Shown one piece after another: positions 63,597-64,000 of a stretch of 64,000 nucleotides of DNA. Position 1 is the stretch's first letter. Each line of letters opens with the position of its first letter. This DNA comes from Candidatus Levyibacteriota bacterium (lineage in GTDB: Bacteria > Patescibacteriota > Microgenomatia > Levybacterales > GWA1-39-11): NCBI GenBank assembly GCA_036788695.1, contig DAIQMY010000005.1:5190-69189 (forward strand). The letters run 5' to 3'. The notes under the pieces were generated by a model. It was not told the DNA's origin. It was given only the letters and a program-made list of their open reading frames with translations, and made no database searches. Made by a program: the position numbers and the translations under genes.

Positions 63597-64000
63597 ATCC
63601 CAACTTTTGGGTAGATTCTAGTGATAACGGTATATGTGCCCATACTTCTACACCACTCCTTTCTTTAATAATAACTTTATCGACAACATCTCTAATAACT
63701 TTATGTTTATCATTGAAATCTAAAGCCTGAACAACAGACTTCGCTTCATTATAGAGTTCTTCAGGTTCAATATCAATCGCATCGTCCATTTTACGATTCT
63801 TAATTATATGTATCTGGCGTTCTAATGATTCTCTTCTTTTTTGCACATCATTAATAAGGTCTTGATAGTTTTTGAAGTGCAATGATCCAGTTCCATAAAG
63901 TTGTGCGTATTTTTTCTCCTCCTCATCAATTTTATCGACCAATTTAACAAGACGTGTATATTCTGTATCCACTGAATTATTTTGTTGAATTTTTAAATAC
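63538..64000 (-). CDS. hypothetical protein, probably 5'-truncated by the window edge
   Basis: The reading frame stays open upstream of the track's GTG start to position 64000. Its 3' end overlaps the ychF start by 59 bp. Confidence 0.25.
   Translation of the reverse strand, partial: YLKIQQNNSVDTEYTRLVKLVDKIDEEEKKYAQLYGTGSLHFKNYQDLINDVQKRRESLERQIHIIKNRKMDDAIDIEPEELYNEAKSVVQALDFNDKHKVIRDVVDKVIIKERSGVEVWAHIPLSLESTQKLGYEHIGRNSGVTKRRKVNSF

Overview
This looks like a chromosomal segment from an AT-rich, reduced-genome, probably monoderm bacterium with Patescibacteria/CPR-like gene content. It uses the standard code: TGA, TAG and TAA all appear as stops, for example hisS ends in TGA, gyrA in TAG and pilB in TAA. 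Coding density is high and there are many ATGA/TAGTG-type overlaps. No rRNA genes, CRISPR arrays or transposases were found. Every protein call comes from motifs read by eye; no database search was run.

Content from start to end:
(1) 12-8961: a type IV pilus locus with five pilin/pseudopilin genes, prepilin peptidase, major pilin, a minimal HolB-like delta' protein, and pilB-pilT-pilC. There is no secretin and no PilMNO.
(2) 9735-14811: gyrB-ppa-gyrA.
(3) 14823-22401: a cell-envelope cluster (two alpha/beta hydrolases, an Rpf-like transglycosylase, folD, and a translationally coupled Mur-ligase-like/hydrolase/DegT/FemAB operon, followed by a SIMPL protein). I consider this the best candidate for an undescribed envelope-modification system.
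(4) 22748-24916: a Xer-type tyrosine recombinase next to a 1.2 kb non-coding, repeat-rich region carrying TGCGACAT and TGAGGCTA motif families. This is a candidate recombination site or novel ncRNA.
(5) 24917-36915: ruvC, yebC, KefB-like antiporter, RluA, MFS, Arg-type efp, pepN.
(6) 36961-39936: two tRNAs (Leu-CAA, Ala-CGC) bracketing a short archaeal-type purA, a PlsB-motif acyltransferase and a secreted protein.
(7) 39941-64000: housekeeping genes, including dnaB, cysS, ctpA, rpsR-ssb-rpsF, htrA, hisS, rpmE, prfA, a DHH phosphoesterase, proS, a tandem prs-prs pair, ybaB, dnaX, ybeY, rpsU, HIT and ychF.
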